From contig NC_057753.1 of assembly GCF_004010195.1 (NCBI RefSeq), positions 4,243,779 to 4,307,778 on the forward strand: DNA of 64,000 nucleotides, given 5' to 3'. The notes beneath the pieces were generated by a model that was not told where the DNA came from, ran no database searches, and saw only the letters and a list, made by a program, of their open reading frames with translations. The stretch is from Chiloscyllium plagiosum. Lineage: Eukaryota. Below are positions 61,411-64,000 of this stretch, in pieces. Each line of letters begins with the position of its first letter. Positions within the stretch are counted from its first letter, which is position 1. A program made the translations under genes and the position numbers.

Positions 61411-61659
61411 TTAGTTTCCTTACCTTTACATCTTTGGAACCTTTCGGTCCCCTACTGAAACCTCCCCACAGGACGAACTCTCCTGACACAGGAGAAATGC
61501 TTGAAGGATTTCCTCGATCCTGCTTGCCAAAAACTTCTCATGTGCCCTCCTGTCTCTTTCTTAGCTGTCTCTTTAGCCCCTTCCTGGCTAACTTGTCACA
61601 GTCAAGCGCCCAAACTGAGTCTTCACGTCTCACCTTTACAGAAGCTTCCTCCTTGCTCA

Positions 61660-62005
61660 ACATAGAACCCCTACAGTGTGGAAACAAGCCCTTCGACCCA
61701 ACAATTTCGCACTGCTCCTCCGAAGAGTAACCCACCCAGGCCCATTCCCCTACCCTATTTCTCTAGATTTACCACTGACTAATGCACCTAACTTACGCAT
61801 CCCTGAACATTACGGACAAAATCCTATGGCCAATTAAACCAACCTGCAGATCTTTGGATTGTGGGAGGAATCACAGAATGTTTAAACTCCACACAGACAT
61901 GGGGAGAATGTGTAAACTCCACACAGACATTCCTCCCTGACTGGAACCGACCTCTGGCCCCTGGTGCTGTGAGGCAGCAGTGCTAACCACTGAGTCACCT
62001 TGCCG
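61660..62005 (-). mobile_element. HE1-type SINE
   Basis: Reverse-complement copy with a small internal duplication (GAATGT.TAAACTCCACACAGACAT twice). Confidence 0.85.
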
Positions 62006-62029
62006 TCACTCATGACAAGAGATTCAATT

Positions 62030-62360
62030 TTAGATTAGGTTAGGTTCCTTACAGTGTGAAGCAGGCCCTTCGTCCCAACAAGTCCACACCGACCCTCCGA
62101 AGAGCAACCCACCAACCCTACATTTACCCCTGACTAATCCACCTAACACTACGGGCAATTTAGCATGGCCAATGCAAATCTTTGTGATGTGGGAGGAAAC
62201 CGGATTACTGGTCTGGTTTCCTCTGTGGATTACCCGGAGGAAACCCATGCAGGCACAGGGAGGATGTGCAAACTCCACACAGACAGTTGCCTGCGGCGGG
62301 AATTGAACTCGGGTGGCACTGTGAGGCAGCAGTGCTAACCACTGAGCCACCGTGCCACCC
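62030..62360 (-). mobile_element. HE1-type SINE
   Basis: Reverse-complement copy with a small internal inverted segment near 62200-62235. Confidence 0.85.
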
Positions 62361-63419
62361 CTAACTGCTTAAGTAAACCACAGTTCCCTCGTTCGACCAC
62401 TTCCTCCATGCCTAACAGGTACATACTTATCAAAGACATTCAGCAACTGTTCCTTGAACAAGCTCCACATTTCAACTGTGCTCATCCCTGCATTTATAAA
62501 TCCTAAATCTTGCCTAATCGCATCTGAATTGCCTTCCCCCCCAGCTATAACTCTCACCATGCCATATATACCTATCCATTTACATTGCAAAAGTAAACAT
62601 CACGGAATCATGGTCACGATCACCAAAGTGGTCATCGATCTTCAAATCTAATATCTGGCCCGGTTCATTCGCCAGTATCAAATCCCATGTATCCTCGCCT
62701 TTTGTTGGCCTATCTACATACTGTGTCAGAAACCCTCCTGCACACATCGAACAAAAACTGACGCATCTAAAGTTCTCAAACTATGGTGTTTCCAGTTGGC
62801 ATTTGGAAAGTTAATATCCACCATAACAACTACCCTGTTACTTTCGCACCTTACCAGAGTCATCCTTGCAATCCTTCCTTTACATCTCTAGAATTTTTTG
62901 GAGGCCTATGGAAAACCCCAACGGGGTGACCTCTCCTTTCCTGTTTCTAACCTCAGCCCATATTATTCAGTAAATGAGCACTCAACCATCCTTTCTGCAA
63001 CAGTAATACTGTCCTGGACTAACAACGCCTCATCTCCTTCTCTTTTACCACATCTCCACTTCTTAATGAAAGATCTAAACCCTGGAACCTGCAATAACCA
63101 TTCCTGTCCCTGCTCTATCCATGTCTCCGAAATGGCCATAATACCAAAGTCCCAGGTACCAATCCATGCTGCAGGTTCAACCACCTTAGTCTGGATGCTC
63201 CTGGCATTGATGTCGACACATTTCAAACCACCTTCCTGCCTTTTTAGAGCATCTTGCGACCTTGAAACCTTAATTCTGACCTCTTTACTCCAAATCTCCT
63301 GGACACTGGAGCTACAATTTAGGTTCCTAGATTTAGTTGAAACCTTTCCCAAGAGCATTAGCAAATTGCCCCCATCACACCCCAGGATACTGTTACCCTT
63401 CTGGTTCAGGTGTACACCA

Positions 63420-63499
63420 GGAGAAAGTGAGGACTGCAGATGCTGGAGACCAAAGTTGAAAAGTGTGTGATTCTCCTGCTCCTCGGATGCTGCCTGGCC
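63420..63499. mobile_element. Short Penelope-derived insert with an internal inversion and a 15-bp TSD
   Basis: TSD TTCAGGTGTACACCA at 63405-63419 and 63500-63514. Confidence 0.8.
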
Positions 63500-64000
63500 T
63501 TCAGGTGTACACCATCCTGTTTGTAGAGGTCCCATCTACCCTGGACTGAACCTTAGTTATCCAGGTATCCAAATCCATCCCTCCTGCACCGTCCCTGTCT
63601 CTCCCCATTCCTCTCTTCGCTAGCACATGCCACGTATAACAAACCAGGGATAAGAATTCTGTTTGTTGTAGCTTGAAGCTTCCACCCTCGTTCCCTGAAT
63701 TTCTGCCATACATTCCCCATTCCTTTCCTAACTATCTTATTGGTGCCTATGTGGACCACGACTTGGAGCTGCTCCCCCACCACGTCAAGGATACTGAAAA
63801 CACAATTCCAGACATCACGAACCCTGGCACCTGGGAGGCAACATGTCAACCACGGGTCTCTCGTGGACCCACAGAATCTCCTATCAGTCGCCTTAACTAT
63901 GGAGTCCCCAATGACTAATGCTCTGCTCCTCTCCCCCTTCCCTTCTGACAAACTCTGTGCCAGACACTTGCACCTCATCACTTACCCCCGGTAAGTCGCC

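Larger units (their letters stand above)
61520..64000 (-). mobile_element. CR1 5' part (SGNH esterase ORF1 and APE) with two SINEs and a PLE insert
   Basis: LVIGDSIVK..CCLPGARV..VHIGTNKI and ISETW. Confidence 0.88.

Overview
Vertebrate nuclear DNA, almost certainly from an elasmobranch (shark or ray), judged from abundant HE1-type tRNA-derived V-SINEs and CR1/HER1 LINEs. Most of the window is nested, decayed retroelements: CR1 LINEs (several with an SGNH-esterase ORF1), SINEs, a Penelope-like RT relic, many short Penelope-derived inserts carrying minimal hammerhead ribozyme motifs, and solo LTRs. Host genes: (1) a complete two-exon GPR139-like class A GPCR, join(1530..1599,5799..6724), whose first exon the ORF track misses; (2) a CpG-island promoter at about 17.1-17.6 kb and a 7-finger C2H2 zinc-finger gene (27894..28520) that may be driven by it; (3) two near-identical GPR139-like exon-2 copies (49763..50694 minus, 55647..56810 plus) in an inverted duplication of about 3.9 kb. 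Two 500-N gaps (8906-9405, 53923-54422) split the window into three blocks, so order and orientation across them are uncertain. The best leads are a diversifying GPR139-like receptor family with a non-canonical TM6, the palindromic receptor duplication with mosaic arms, and the hammerhead-bearing mini-Penelope insertions. No database searches were run. All family names come from motif recognition, and repeat boundaries are approximate unless a TSD is quoted.
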